Source: Octopus bimaculoides (lineage: Eukaryota). From it: a stretch of 61,485 bases of DNA. The notes beneath the pieces were generated by a model. It made no database searches and was not told the DNA's origin. It was given only the letters and a program-made list of their open reading frames with translations. This document shows, one piece after another, positions 13,485 through 26,929 of this stretch. How positions within the stretch are numbered: the stretch's first letter is position 1; each line of letters begins with the position of its first letter. Location: positions 66,338,889 through 66,400,373 of the forward strand of contig NC_068987.1 of NCBI RefSeq assembly GCF_001194135.2, in the 5' to 3' direction. The translations under genes and the position numbers were made by a program.

Positions 13485-13718
13485 NNNNNNNNNNNNNNNN
13501 NNNNNNNNNNNNNNNNNNNNNNNNNNNNNNNNNNNNNNNNNNNNNNNNNNNNNNNNNNNNNNNNNNNNNNNNNNNNNNNNNNNNNNNNNNNNNNNNNNNN
13601 NNNNNNNNNNNNNNNNNNNNNNNNNNNNNNNNNNNNNNNNNNNNNNNNNNNNNNNNNNNNNNNNNNNNNNNNNNNNNNNNNNNNNNNNNNNNNNNNNNNN
13701 NNNNNNNNNNNNNNNNNN

Positions 13719-13763
<45 letters not shown>

Positions 13764-14048
13764 TATACGGCAAATAAGAAAATGGAGCGGGTACAAAAAC
13801 GACATACATCAGCCGGTACACATTCTAATATGTCTATTTATTCCAAAGTATTAGAATGTATTAGAAGAATATATACACATATAATAACCATTTGTTACAC
13901 ACACATGTACTAATATTACAGAAAAGAGCAAAAGATCAGATTGTCAGTAGGGGCTAGTTTCTTACGGCCTTTTATGCCAAGAGGCAACGAAATCATCCAT
14001 GCCTTCTCCATCACTTCAGTGTACTGTAGGGATGGGCAAATAAAGTTT

Positions 14049-14500
14049 GGATGATGAATTTGCCTCTAGGCTTCTTCAGAGGGTCTAAGCGATGTGATGT
14101 CTAATACCTATAAGTAACAGTTAATAGGTACAATGTGTTTGTCTTTTTAAAAAGGGCGGAAAAAGAATAGGAGCAAACATGAGGATGTGAGTAAGATGAT
14201 TTAGGTATAGGAAGGGGATATATGCTACAGACTTCCCATGATGTTTTCCAAGTTCCATGTTATTTCGTCCAATGGTGGATAGGTGGATATAGTCGTTCTC
14301 AGGAGGAGTATTTTCAGGAAGGGTGACTTTAGGCAATAGTTCACATTATGTTTACATAGAAATATAATGGTAGATTTGAAGGTATGGTCTGTGTTATGCA
14401 GGTGAAAGTTTATATGTAAAGTATCAGCTGGTAGTTGCAACGTTGCGGATGGTATGGCATAAACAGCCTATGATGGTGAACCCATCATGGGAAAATTTGG
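14049..14500 (-). mobile_element. Highly decayed PLE 3' end (GIY-YIG remnant plus hammerhead remnant)
   Basis: NTDHTFKSTIIFLCKHNVNYCLK resembles the T..TFKI...F.CK..NVIY...C segment of PLE GIY-YIG domains. Downstream, GACCCT-CTGAAGA-A-GCCT-AG-AGGC-AAA is a hammerhead core lacking G12. Confidence 0.4.
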
Positions 14501-14870
14501 TATATGAGTGACTAATGAGAGTAAGGAACCAGGTGGGACCAAAGTGCAGTGTTAGTGTTCGTTACTTTTTGCTGATCAAGATGTCCCGGAATCCCTGTTT
14601 GTAGTGAGGTGAGGGTCATGGTCAGTCCTACAACCTAATTGGTCAGCTATTTTTTGGAAAACCATGACGTGGTACTGGTTCGTTGATAGTTAACAGATAA
14701 AGCAAAAACAAATCAAATAAATAAATAAACCCTGGCCAGTATGGGCCAGTAAGTGAGCAAAATAAAACTAAAAACAAGTAAATGAGTAAGTGCGATGACT
14801 AAAACAATTGGACTACGGGAAGAGGATCCAAAATGAGAGCATGAGAAAAATAAAAGAGTTTAAACGTATA

Positions 14871-14940
14871 CGGCGGTGCCCCAGCATGGCCACAGCTCAT
14901 GAGCTGAAACTAGATGAAATGAAAAAAAATGAAAATGAAG
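14871..14940 (+). mobile_element. Isolated SINE-A/CR1-like 3' tail
   Basis: cggcggtgccccagcatggccacagctcatgagctgaaactag plus an A-rich tail. Confidence 0.75.
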
Positions 14941-15270
14941 TATAAAAATATAAAACATATATCTAACTCTCGTGGGAATCTACTGAATATGGTTAAACGT
15001 AATATAGGAGCAGGATAGGGGATTCATTGTTGTCGGAAGGCAGAAGAAGAAGGATTTCGTGAATAGAAACAAAAATGGACCGGACCGACGAATAGTGGTT
15101 GTTTTGCTAACTTATAGTTAGCAGTGTTAAAACTTATTCAGTCCTAAAACTTATACTAGTAAAATATAGAATATTAGATATTAAGCATTAAAGTAGTGGT
15201 ACTGTGTTATAGTATTAAATTATTAAATTATGTGTTTTTATTAAGAAGGGATAGTTTGACGAAAATGTTT

Positions 15271-15315
<45 letters not shown>

Positions 15316-15515
15316 NNNNNNNNNNNNNNNNNNNNNNNNNNNNNNNNNNNNNNNNNNNNNNNNNNNNNNNNNNNNNNNNNNNNNNNNNNNNNNNNNNNNN
15401 NNNNNNNNNNNNNNNNNNNNNNNNNNNNNNNNNNNNNNNNNNNNNNNNNNNNNNNNNNNNNNNNNNNNNNNNNNNNNNNNNNNNNNNNNNNNNNNNNNNN
15501 NNNNNNNNNNNNNNN

Positions 15516-15562
<47 letters not shown>

Positions 15563-16339
15563 ATCGGAAATTCTGTGTATAGCTAAAGTGGGGTAACACA
15601 TGCATTTCTAGCTAATAAATAAATTAATTCCGTATTGGAATAGTACTCAATTTAGGTCTAAGGGAAGAGATAATGTCAGTTGCAGATGCAAATTGGAGGT
15701 ATTTGTGTTCGGATAAGGGTGTCAGCTATGGGGTTTAGGTATCTTTGGGTTACGATGTATTCGGTAGTTTAGCTATAGTAGATTACATTATATTATACTC
15801 AATTATCCCATTGTACATACTGTTTATATTTATAATTTAAGCTTGTAAATAGTGTGCTATATTATTATTACTCTGCTAATTTCTAGGGTGCATTTCAATT
15901 ACTAAGTGGTAGTATGTATAGTAAACTAGTACCGCGTGTATTTTCTTAAAGTTCATAAGAGAAGGATTCTTAGCCCCAGTGTATAAGCTAGGCATAAACC
16001 TAGCTTATACACTAGCGTAGAGTATTCCTAATAGAAGTATGGAGTAACATACCATTGGTAAACAAATATAACACTCAATTGCGTGATTAACGATCACTTG
16101 GGTATGAATAATTGGGTACACTACCAGTAGTATATAGGATAGGTATTATCCCTTAGTTGGTTGGTTACCCGACCTCTAACTCGCACAGAAATATATATAT
16201 ATATATATAAATATATTGTTGTACTTGGGGATGGTCATATGGCCAGTTTAGCCAATAAAAACACACGCACTGTATATTTTGTGTTATTTTTTTTTTTTTC
16301 AGCTTTATATTACATTAATCTTAATCTTAATCTTATTTC

Positions 16340-16384
16340 GGCCAGAGTTCTTTCGTCACACTTCTGTGACCTCATCAGTGGTCC
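16340..16384 (-). ncRNA. Minimal type I hammerhead ribozyme (PLE pLTR or retrozyme type)
   Basis: Minus strand GGACCA-CUGAUGA-G-GUCACA-GAAG-UGUGAC-GAAA-GAAC-UC-UGGCC: intact core, 6-bp stem II, minimal stem III, CUC triplet, and stem I GG(A)CCA/UGGCC. Confidence 0.7.
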
Positions 16385-17437
16385 TTTGTTTCCTTCTTTC
16401 TTATGTGTGTCTCACCTTGCTAACTATCAGCCATTTTGTATTTTGTATTCCTATTGTATGTGTCTACGCATGCGTGTCCTTCAATGTGTCTGTGTCTTTT
16501 GTAAGTGCATGTGTGTATGGGGAGTGTCTGTATCACCTATATTCTCTGTTAATACGTGTTCATTNNNNNNNNNNNNNNNNNNNNNNNNNNNNNNNNNNNN
16601 NNNNNNNNNNNNNNNNNNNNNNNNNNNNNNNNNNNNNNNNNNNNNNNNNNNNNNNNNNNNNNNNNNNNNNNNNNNNNNNNNNNNNNNNNNNNNNNNNNNN
16701 NNNNNNNNNNNNNNNNNNNNNNNNNNNNNNNNNNNNNNNNNNNNNNNNNNNNNNNNNNNNNNNNNNNNNNNNNNNNNNNNNNNNNNNNNNNNNNNNNNNN
16801 NNNNNNNNNNNNNNNNNNNNNNNNNNNNNNNNNNNNNNNNNNNNNNNNNNNNNNNNNNNNNNNNNNNNNNNNNNNNNNNNNNNNNNNNNNNNNNNNNNNN
16901 NNNNNNNNNNNNNNNNNNNNNNNNNNNNNNNNNNNNNNNNNNNNNNNNNNNNNNNNNNNNNNNNNNNNNNNNNNNNNNNNNNNNNNNNNNNNNNNNNNNN
17001 NNNNNNNNNNNNNNNNNNNNNNNNNNNNNNNNNNNNNNNNNNNNNNNNNNNNNNNNNNNNNNNNNNNNNNNNNNNNNNNNNNNNNNNNNNNNNNNNNNNN
17101 NNNNNNNNNNNNNNNNNNNNNNNNNNNNNNNNNNNNNNNNNNNNNNNNNNNNNNNNNNNNNNNNNNNNNNNNNNNNNNNNNNNNNNNNNNNNNNNNNNNN
17201 NNNNNNNNNNNNNNNNNNNNNNNNNNNNNNNNNNNNNNNNNNNNNNNNNNNNNNNNNNNNNNNNNNNNNNNNNNNNNNNNNNNNNNNNNNNNNNNNNNNN
17301 NNNNNNNNNNNNNNNNNNNNNNNNNNNNNNNNNNNNNNNNNNNNNNNNNNNNNNNNNNNNNNNNNNNNNNNNNNNNNNNNNNNNNNNNNNNNNNNNNNNN
17401 NNNNNNNNNNNNNNNNNNNNNNNNNNNNNNNNNNNNN

Positions 17438-17476
<39 letters not shown>

Positions 17477-18925
17477 CTGATATAGAGATAGAAAAAGAGA
17501 GAGAGAAATAGTGAGAGAGAAGTAGAAAGAGAGAGAGGTAGATAATAGATGGACACATGCATGCATATATATGTGAGTGTGATTGTGTATGTGTGTGCAA
17601 GAGTGTTATCTCAAATATATTCACAATTACTCTAACTGCTATTTTGGAGTAAACAAAGGACAGCATATTATGAATAATACCTCCATATACTTTGTTGATT
17701 TTAGATTTCTAAAAAGACATTAATTTTTTACACATTGCAACGTACTTAAGTGCTAATCAACGAAAGCGTTATATATTTATTCCTAAACCAGTTCAATGGT
17801 GAATAATTAAACCGTCTATATATTTAGATTTCGAGTTCTCAGGGGGTGGGGCGGTTCTCCACTAACTATACTTTTCATAAATTGCAGTTTTTCTTTACTG
17901 TTAAACCTGTTCTGGCTAATTTATAATTCCGAAATCAAATATTTGCCAAAATATTAATGGGTTTGCTTTAACCAATTGCTTAATTATTTACTCAGGACAC
18001 AGTTTTCCTCTTTGCGAGGTCCGCTGCTGCTGTTGTCGTTGTTGCTGTTGCGGCTGCTGATGTGGTTGTGGTTACTATAGGCTTCTGTTCATTTTCCTTA
18101 ATTTTCCATTCTGATCTCAAACTTAAACATTTTTATTATTCACCAATAGCTGATAATGTCTAACCTAGTAAACAGGGAAACAGAGTTAACTACAGCAACT
18201 AAGCCGAATACTAAAAATTCTATTATAACCGTTCATGTTATGATTTTAAACGACCATATCCATAAAATTTATTCACATTTTTCTATAAGGGCAGGATTGT
18301 AACCTGACCTTATAGAAAAGCCTGAATATATGATCTTTTCGAAAGCATACAGAAAAACCGGATAGTATTATATCTATATATAACTTTAGCAGGTGATATT
18401 CTATTGACTTCCTAAGGCATATCTAATTCTCGTGTTGCATTGTTGTATACATACGGTCTAATACCAATTAATGGCTGAGTTTGGTCAATGCAGCTGCTAG
18501 GAAATGTGTAGATATATTGATGAATCATTAAACAGAGATATCATTATAATTTGTTTACTAATTATTATTTCTTCCGATTATTCTGTTCTGAGTTCAATTT
18601 CATTCTCAGGAGCAATTACGAGCTATTTGCTTTGATCTATCCAAAGAAAGAGTTCGAGATTTCTCTCTCACCTGCTTGAGATCCTGTAAACTATAGAGAA
18701 ATACGTTTCGGCTGGATGAGGAAATTTAACACTCTCGTTTTAAAGAAAGTTGCAAGTGCATAAACGCCCATAAAGAAGCATCTGCATTGAAAAAAATAAG
18801 TGATTATGCTATAGGCACAAGGCGTGAAATATGAGGATAATTGGCTAGCTAGATACAAAGACCGAGTACTTTAATAGTATATATTCTTATCCATCTTGTT
18901 TGATGAAATACACTATTTACATCTG

Positions 18926-18926
<1 letters not shown>

Positions 18927-18987
<61 letters not shown>
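18927..18987. repeat. (ATCT)n microsatellite
   Basis: Direct reading. Confidence 0.95.
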
Positions 18988-18988
<1 letters not shown>

Positions 18989-19841
18989 GTTTGTCTGCGT
19001 ATGTAACTATATAAACTATATAAAAAGTTGTTGATGAGTTATTGATACGAGCAAAATACTTTATAATCTCTCAAAACACCAGACTAAGGGAATTTTGTAG
19101 ATTAGTAAAGAACTGCAGTTAGACTGGTATTTTACGCACAGTGGTATGCAAATAAGGTATAAATAATGAACAATGCATATCCTTTTATTGTAGTAAATTC
19201 GACTTACAGCTGTTTCCGATAATTATTATAGGTTCGTTCATTGATCGATTTACTCAATCGGTCGATTGATCGGTTCATAAAAAATGAACGATCTTATAGG
19301 ACTAATGCTATCCTTATGTGAATCGGAGTATTCTGATGAAAACAATGCAGAACATCGATAAATCAAGCATACAAACCTGGGAAAGCGAGCGAAAAGAAGC
19401 AATAAGCACAAGGTGAGTGGAAGCGAGATAAAGAAGAAAAGGGAAAAAGAAGTGGTTAGCTGGAAAAGAAGAACAAAAAGAGAGAGAAAGAAAAGGGAGA
19501 GTGAAAGGAAGATATGAATAAAAGAAGGGGAGTTATGGGATAACAGAATGAAGATTGGAAGGGGCATGCGATAGCCGGGAATCATAGTGGGGATAGTAAT
19601 AGAAACATTAATGGGCTTAGTGAGTGTGCAGTTGGGTCAGCACACTCAAAAACAATGTTTTCTTGGACAGATACTATACAGATAGGGCATTGAAATTTGA
19701 TATCGGCCACTTACTCCCGTGGTCAGCTTAAATCTTTAATATTGGATTACTTTCTACAAGATTGGAAGGGTTAAAAGAATAAAACATCCAACAACATCAA
19801 TATTATGATGGGAATGTGAGAAAGCTCTAGCAAAAAGTGAT

Positions 19842-20238
19842 AGGCGCAGGAGTGGCTGTGTGGTAAGTAGCTTGCTTACCAACCACATGGTTCCGGGTTC
19901 AGTCCCACTGCGTGGGCTCTTGGGCATGTGTCTTCTACTATAGCCTCGAGCCGACTAAAGCCTTGTGAGTGGATTTGGTAGACGGAAACTGAAAGAAGCC
20001 CGTCGTATATATATGTATATACATATGTGTTTGTGTGTCTGTGTTTGTCCCCCTAGCATTGCTTGATAACCAATGCTGGTGTGTTTATGTCCCTGTCACT
20101 TAGCGGCTCGGCAAAATAGTTCGATAGAATAAGTACCAGGCTTACAAAGAATAAGTCCCGGGGTCGATTTGCTCGACTAAAGGCGGTGCTCCAGCATGGC
20201 CGCAGTCAAATGATTGAAACAAGTAAAAAGAATAAGAG
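19842..20238 (+). mobile_element. SINE family A, full-length copy
   Basis: tRNA-like head with A box tggctgtgtgg and B box ggttcagtccc, a central (TA/TG)n, an ataagtaccag...ggggtcgat block, the tail ggcggtgctccagcatggccgcagtc..tgaaac, and an A-rich end. Confidence 0.9.
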
Positions 20239-20740
20239 TAAGTACAGAAAAATTGTAAACTTAAAAAACAATTTTACTTTCATTTACCATTTGGTTAACA
20301 GACCCATTGAATAACTATCGTAGACTGTACATCATTTGGCAAATTTAAAGGGAATGTTAAAAGTGTGAATTGCACGTCTATAAACCCAGGGCTTACTATC
20401 ACATTTTTATTTGCTCTTCGTTTTATGCTGCTTTTAATCTTTCAATTTTAGTATATGCATTATGCTTATCCGTTAGTAACAACTGTTTTGGATAGCGGGC
20501 GGTGTGTTAATTGAGTCACCTCCTTCCATGCTTTAAATTCTTATTATTTACTCTCTATTCTTTCTTTTTAATTTTTTAAGTTCTATTGTTTTACTTTTAC
20601 AGGTTTACTCTCCTCGGAGTCTTATTCGATTTGTTATTACGTTTATTGACTTCCGATTCTGTAGTGGTTTGACAGTAACCTTACTGGCCCGCTGCTTTGA
20701 AGGCATTAGCCTAAGATGTCAGTCTACAATACATACACAC

Positions 20741-20776
<36 letters not shown>

Positions 20777-20813
20777 CTCAGGGAGTGAATAATTATTACA
20801 GGAAGTGAATAAT

Positions 20814-20892
20814 TATTACAAATTAAAAGGGTAAAGGTTTATCAATTTATTAATTTATTAATAAATTGATAAACATTTACCCCTTTAATTTG

Positions 20893-20897
<5 letters not shown>
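20814..20897. repeat. 84-bp near-perfect palindrome between (ATCT)n and (TA)n
   Basis: 41-bp arms (20814-20854 and 20857-20897) with 2 mismatches, checked base by base. Confidence 0.9.
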
Positions 20898-20931
<34 letters not shown>

Positions 20932-20946
20932 TATATATACATATAT

Positions 20947-21028
<82 letters not shown>

Positions 21029-21785
21029 ATATGTGTGTCTGTGTGTGTGTGTGTGTCTGTGTGTGTGTGTGTGTATACACATACATTGTTCCGTTATAAT
21101 TATGATCAACAAAAATAGACTCCAACCAGTGAGTGATAAACAGTATCGTTTAATATACACAGAATTTAAAACAGACCTACTAATGTTTTCGTGCTTTGAG
21201 CTACAAAAGTCATGAGAATCAATCATGTTAGGTCTATTTGAAAACCAATGCGCTGGTCTATGATAACGTATGAGTAGAAACGAGAAGATAAACTCGTAGA
21301 AGTTTGATGCAAAAAGTGGTTAATTATTCTCTGGAATTAGTGTATGTTGACAGTGACAATGTAGGTAAAATTTGAGTATGAGAATAATTCCGGATGTGCG
21401 ACGTACCTATATGAAGTGTTGAGAAAATATAGTAGTGTGAAAAATGGGGTAGTGTTTAACACAATATTGCTGATATCAGAAGGAAGACAAGCGTAGGGGT
21501 AGAAAGGAACAGCTAATTGATTTCTCAGATACAGTATATTTAGATTACATTATCATTAGAATTGGAAAACTAATGAACTAATAAGTCTAAATTATAAGCA
21601 ATAATGAATAAAAACTGAATTAAACCAATTAGATAACTCGAAGCATACCCTCACAGATAAACAGATGCACATACACATAGATAACCTCATACACACACAC
21701 ATACACATATTCACATATTCATAGGTGCATGCTTACATGCTAATACACTTTCTAAACCTTCGTCCCCTATCTCTTTTTCGCCTTC

Positions 21786-21849
<64 letters not shown>

Positions 21850-23230
21850 AAACACGTATTCGTGTGTGCGTCTGTATACGTGCGCGTTTGTGTTTTTGTG
21901 TGTATGCGCAAATGCGCGCGTGTGTGTGTTTATCAATTGTACGAGCATGTGAAATTAATCAATATTGTAAAGATTACACATTTGCTAAACTGCTGTCTTA
22001 GAATCCGCCGACATATGCTGCATTCGTCTTAATAATTGCAGTTGTTATATTGTTTTCTATAGGAAATATATGGCTACACAGATTAACAATGGCTAATATC
22101 AGTGCATATATCACAACTTCAATATTGTCTATGTATATATGTGTGTGCGCGTCTAAGTGTGTATGTGTGTGTATGTGTATGTGTGTGTATGTGTGTGTGT
22201 GTGACTGCATATTTCAATCCAGAAGAAAAACGCGAGTTCTTATGACACCTCATAATAAAATATTCTCCCACGAGATGTTGCTTTCTGGCAGGAAGCCAAA
22301 TTTGGACTCAAGACTGCCAAGTTTGATATCTATCATTTGAGTAATTTTTCCCGCTTTACCGACCATGCATTATGGATCTACATGCAAGTTATTTTTATAG
22401 TTGCTAGTATTCTCATTTGTGCATGCGCTGGTTCTGCTTGAGATAATCTGTAATGAAAATATCCCAGCCACGGCCATCAAAATTAGTTTTCATGAGTCTG
22501 GTATTTAATACAAGAGAAATGTTATTGTCATTTGTAATAGTTTAATGACGTAGATATTCTAATTAAAATACACCTCCATCTTTCCCTTTCGATATGGTTA
22601 TATATTTTATTTGCGATTTAAATTATTTTTCGATAACTAGGCTTAAGATTAATTAACTGTGTAAGGGAAGTGACCTCAATCCGAATGGATGGGAAAATTT
22701 GATAAAGTTACCTTTAAAAGAATAACACCAGCCTCAACCGATTTCAAAAATATATCTCGAGAGAACAAAATTTTGTGTGTCTAAATATACTGTTTGCGTT
22801 CGGAGTAAAAACAAAGATTTGTGGTGTTATATTATACAAAAGATTTCTTGTAGTTAAATATCTTGTGCGTTAAAATTTTACGATGTATGTACAAATAAAC
22901 TGATTCTTTTAATATATAGAAACTTTATACAATAAGCTAATATAATTAAAGCGACTGTAATTAACATAGCTCTATTGATAAAATCGAAACCGAGATAGAC
23001 ATGATGTGAACACTCAATGTCTATCAACATGCTTCGCTGATTTTGCTAATAAAATTATTGATCCATATCAACATGTGTTTCAAATATACTTTTATATAAA
23101 TATATGTTGAAACACATAATTGACAAGTATATGCTCTGTATTGCTTTTGTAGTCATCTTTTGTTGGCAACATCAACATTGTGGTGTCCATTTTTATTATA
23201 CTATAGGCAGCGTGATACAACACATGTGTG

Positions 23231-23266
<36 letters not shown>

Positions 23267-23283
23267 TATGTATGTATATATGC

Positions 23284-23333
<50 letters not shown>

Positions 23334-24249
23334 NNNNNNNNNNNNNNNNNNNNNNNNNNNNNNNNNNNNNNNNNNNNNNNNNNNNNNNNNNNNNNNNNNN
23401 NNNNNNNNNNNNNNNNNNNNNNNNNNNNNNNNNNNNNNNNNNNNNNNNNNNNNNNNNNNNNNNNNNNNNNNNNNNNNNNNNNNNNNNNNNNNNNNNNNNN
23501 NNNNNNNNNNNNNNNNNNNNNNNNNNNNNNNNNNNNNNNNNNNNNNNNNNNNNNNNNNNNNNNNNNNNNNNNNNNNNNNNNNNNNNNNNNNNNNNNNNNN
23601 NNNNNNNNNNNNNNNNNNNNNNNNNNNNNNNNNNNNNNNNNNNNNNNNNNNNNNNNNNNNNNNNNNNNNNNNNNNNNNNNNNNNNNNNNNNNNNNNNNNN
23701 NNNNNNNNNNNNNNNNNNNNNNNNNNNNNNNNNNNNNNNNNNNNNNNNNNNNNNNNNNNNNNNNNNNNNNNNNNNNNNNNNNNNNNNNNNNNNNNNNNNN
23801 NNNNNNNNNNNNNNNNNNNNNNNNNNNNNNNNNNNNNNNNNNNNNNNNNNNNNNNNNNNNNNNNNNNNNNNNNNNNNNNNNNNNNNNNNNNNNNNNNNNN
23901 NNNNNNNNNNNNNNNNNNNNNNNNNNNNNNNNNNNNNNNNNNNNNNNNNNNNNNNNNNNNNNNNNNNNNNNNNNNNNNNNNNNNNNNNNNNNNNNNNNNN
24001 NNNNNNNNNNNNNNNNNNNNNNNNNNNNNNNNNNNNNNNNNNNNNNNNNNNNNNNNNNNNNNNNNNNNNNNNNNNNNNNNNNNNNATACATACATACATA
24101 CATACATATATAAATATATATACATATATATATATATGCATCTATATATATGTGAGTGTATACATATGTATGTATATATATATACAAGTTCACATACACA
24201 CACGTCCGTCTGCACATATATACATAAATACTTGTATATGTGTCTGTAA

Positions 24250-24303
<54 letters not shown>

Positions 24304-24399
24304 AAATACATGCATATATTCACACATTCTTAGATGTGTACATAAGTTTTGGCCAGAATTGACTCGGACTATGTCTATCCTCTTAAAACCACCTAGAAT

Positions 24400-25500
24400 T
24401 GACAGTTATTGATGTTTCATATTTGTCATTCTTTGGGCACCATAGCCCATTCGCATAAAGGGTTTTCTTTGCATAGATATATCCGCATGTAGTTTATTTA
24501 TCTAGAATCTGTTGGAGATAATTTCCCAAGACTCGTTTGAATGTTAGATCTTTTTCATCGTTTATGTCTTGGCATGATGTTAAAAAGAGAAGGGCAAGTT
24601 CACCGGAAATAGTTATGTTTAATTTAACGTAACGCGAACGTGATTTTGTAGAGGATGGATAGCACGGAGTCTAATTTAAAGTAAAGTTGCTGGCAACATT
24701 ATTTGGGCAGATCTGTTCAAACCTTCGTTGTCGAATTTCCTTCTCTATTTCTTGTCGTCTATAAAATAAGTTCCACTGGGTTCGATGTAACTGCCTACCC
24801 TAACAAAACAAAATTGTTGATCTTGCACCAAAGTGTGAAGCCATTATTATCATAAGGTGAGGAACTTTTGTCAACAGTTTTTTCTGAGTTACTTTTGCGC
24901 CAACTATTGTACAACCATGATCTTCTGATGTGTGAAGCATTATTGTTTACTAATGTCTAATATTTTTTATGCTACATCAATTTGGTTTTATAGTAATATT
25001 TCTGTTGGTGTTTCTGCTAAATATTTAGTGTTTTGCGTATCGTGAATGCAAATTTCGCTGTATTATTTTATTGGGTGAATTTTATGTTTCGTTCATTACT
25101 GTATAATTGTTATTGGTTGTCCCTTGTTCAGAATATATGCTACATAGCTTATGTAGCAATGTGTACGTCATGAGTCAGTAAGAATGGAAAAAGTACGAGT
25201 TGCTAGTGATTGTAGCTTCGATTATAAAAGTATATGCTGTCTAATTCTGTTGTATATTGATGCATATATTGGACGGTGGTTTTATAGAGTGTGTTGTGTC
25301 ATATTGTATGGTTCTGATTATGTGAGATGTATCTTGTGTTAATCATGGTATTTTATTGTGTGGCTAATGCACAAAATATGTGATGTGTTCAGTGTGTGCA
25401 CTCCTTGAACTGTTCTATTAAATTGAATGTAGGTTGCGTAGGATGGGGATCGTATGTATCAGGGCTATATACTAAAGCATCATAAAGTTGTAAACACAGG
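24400..25500 (-). mobile_element. Very old RTE-like LINE RT remnant
   Basis: Scattered decayed motifs in the expected order: NHRPI..IYNRIRQHI, DNNGFTL, LDSVLSILY, SLGKLSP...CGY...LWCPK. Confidence 0.4.
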
Positions 25501-26579
25501 CATGTTCGATCTTTTATAAAATTTTCTTATCATACTAATATCTATAGCTATATCTTTTCGTCGGCCGTACATCATATTTTAAAACTATTTTACTGAAATA
25601 GTTTGTCCCCTTCCCCTCCCAGGTAATCTTTTGTTCTGAAGAAATTGAGACAGTGATTAGAATACAGACATTCTGTTTCATTAATGATAGGCATGCCGTT
25701 GGCTTTTATCCCTAGAAGCCACAAAGTAGGCGCCATTTGTATACTGCTAGACTATTCAGTAGGATGTATCTCATCACTACATTTAGGTGGCCTTAATGAA
25801 AACAAAAATTATAAGTGTAAAAGATAAATGTGTTGTCTTAATAAAAGGGACAATTATAGGTGTAAAATGTACAGATTTCTGGTACTTTAAGTCGGTTTGG
25901 TGGACTACCAGCATCGTTTTGTTTCCTTTTTTTTAATGTTTGTTTTTGAATATAAAAATATGCGCTTGTTCAAACCCATACATACGCAGAAATATGTGGA
26001 ACGTTTTCCAAGAGCATTTTCGGAATGTTCGGATTGTGAATCCCAAAATGAAGGAGTTTTCTAGTTATCCAGGTTATCACTTCATATGTGGGATCTGCAC
26101 AGCAATGATTAAAAAAGGTTACTAGTATGCTTCCTGCGTATTAAATTTCGGCGTATTGGTTCTTTTAATCAGACTATCAAATTCTGACAGAAGTCTCACC
26201 GTTTCAGGCGACAGGAAATACGATTTCAACTCAGAACATACAAATCGATTTATCAATACAACATGCTCTTCCCTCTTGCATTTCTACTACTGCACCACAA
26301 TAGGTTGTCACTTAGACCCTATGTAACTTTTCATAATAATCGGTTGATGAAAAGAAGAAAATGGTGTGATAAAGCCTTCTAATTTGGAAACCCTGAAAGG
26401 TATTAAGCAAATCAATGCAAGATGAAACAAATTAATGCAATTATTGAATAATTGTAAATTTCTATATTTAATTAGACTCATAAAGTTCAATGAAAACACA
26501 TCAGTTGTCAAGCGATGCTGAGGGTACAAAAACACATATACATATATATGTATATGTGTGTATATATATATATATATGT

Positions 26580-26610
<31 letters not shown>

Positions 26611-26652
26611 CGTGTGTGTGTGTGCGTGTGTGTGTGTGTGTGAGTGTGTGTG

Positions 26653-26690
<38 letters not shown>

Positions 26691-26712
26691 CATACATACA
26701 CACACACACACA

Positions 26713-26768
<56 letters not shown>

Positions 26769-26769
<1 letters not shown>

Positions 26770-26929
26770 CGGGCTTATTTCAGTTTCCGTCTATGAAAGC
26801 CGTTCCCAGCGCTTTGGTCGGCCCGAGGTTATAGTAGAAGACACTTGCTCAAGTTGCCACGCAGAATGTCTGAACCCGGAACCAAGTGGTTTGGAAGGAA
26901 GATTCTTCCCACTCATTCACTCCTACGCC
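26769..26929 (-). mobile_element. SINE family A, 5' half
   Basis: Reverse complement begins aggcgtaggagtgaatgagtgggaagaat...ttccgggttcagac; it ends in a microsatellite. Confidence 0.85.

Noticed and set aside
17990-18120. Thr/Ala-rich minus-strand reading (KPIVTTTTSAAATATTTTAAADLAKRK)
   Set aside because: A low-complexity (GCT/GTT) repeat with no start or splice support.
22200-22500. Semi-open minus frame (MAVAGIFSLQIISSR... / GKAGKITQMIDIKLG...)
   Set aside because: Interrupted by stops, with no homology I can recognise.
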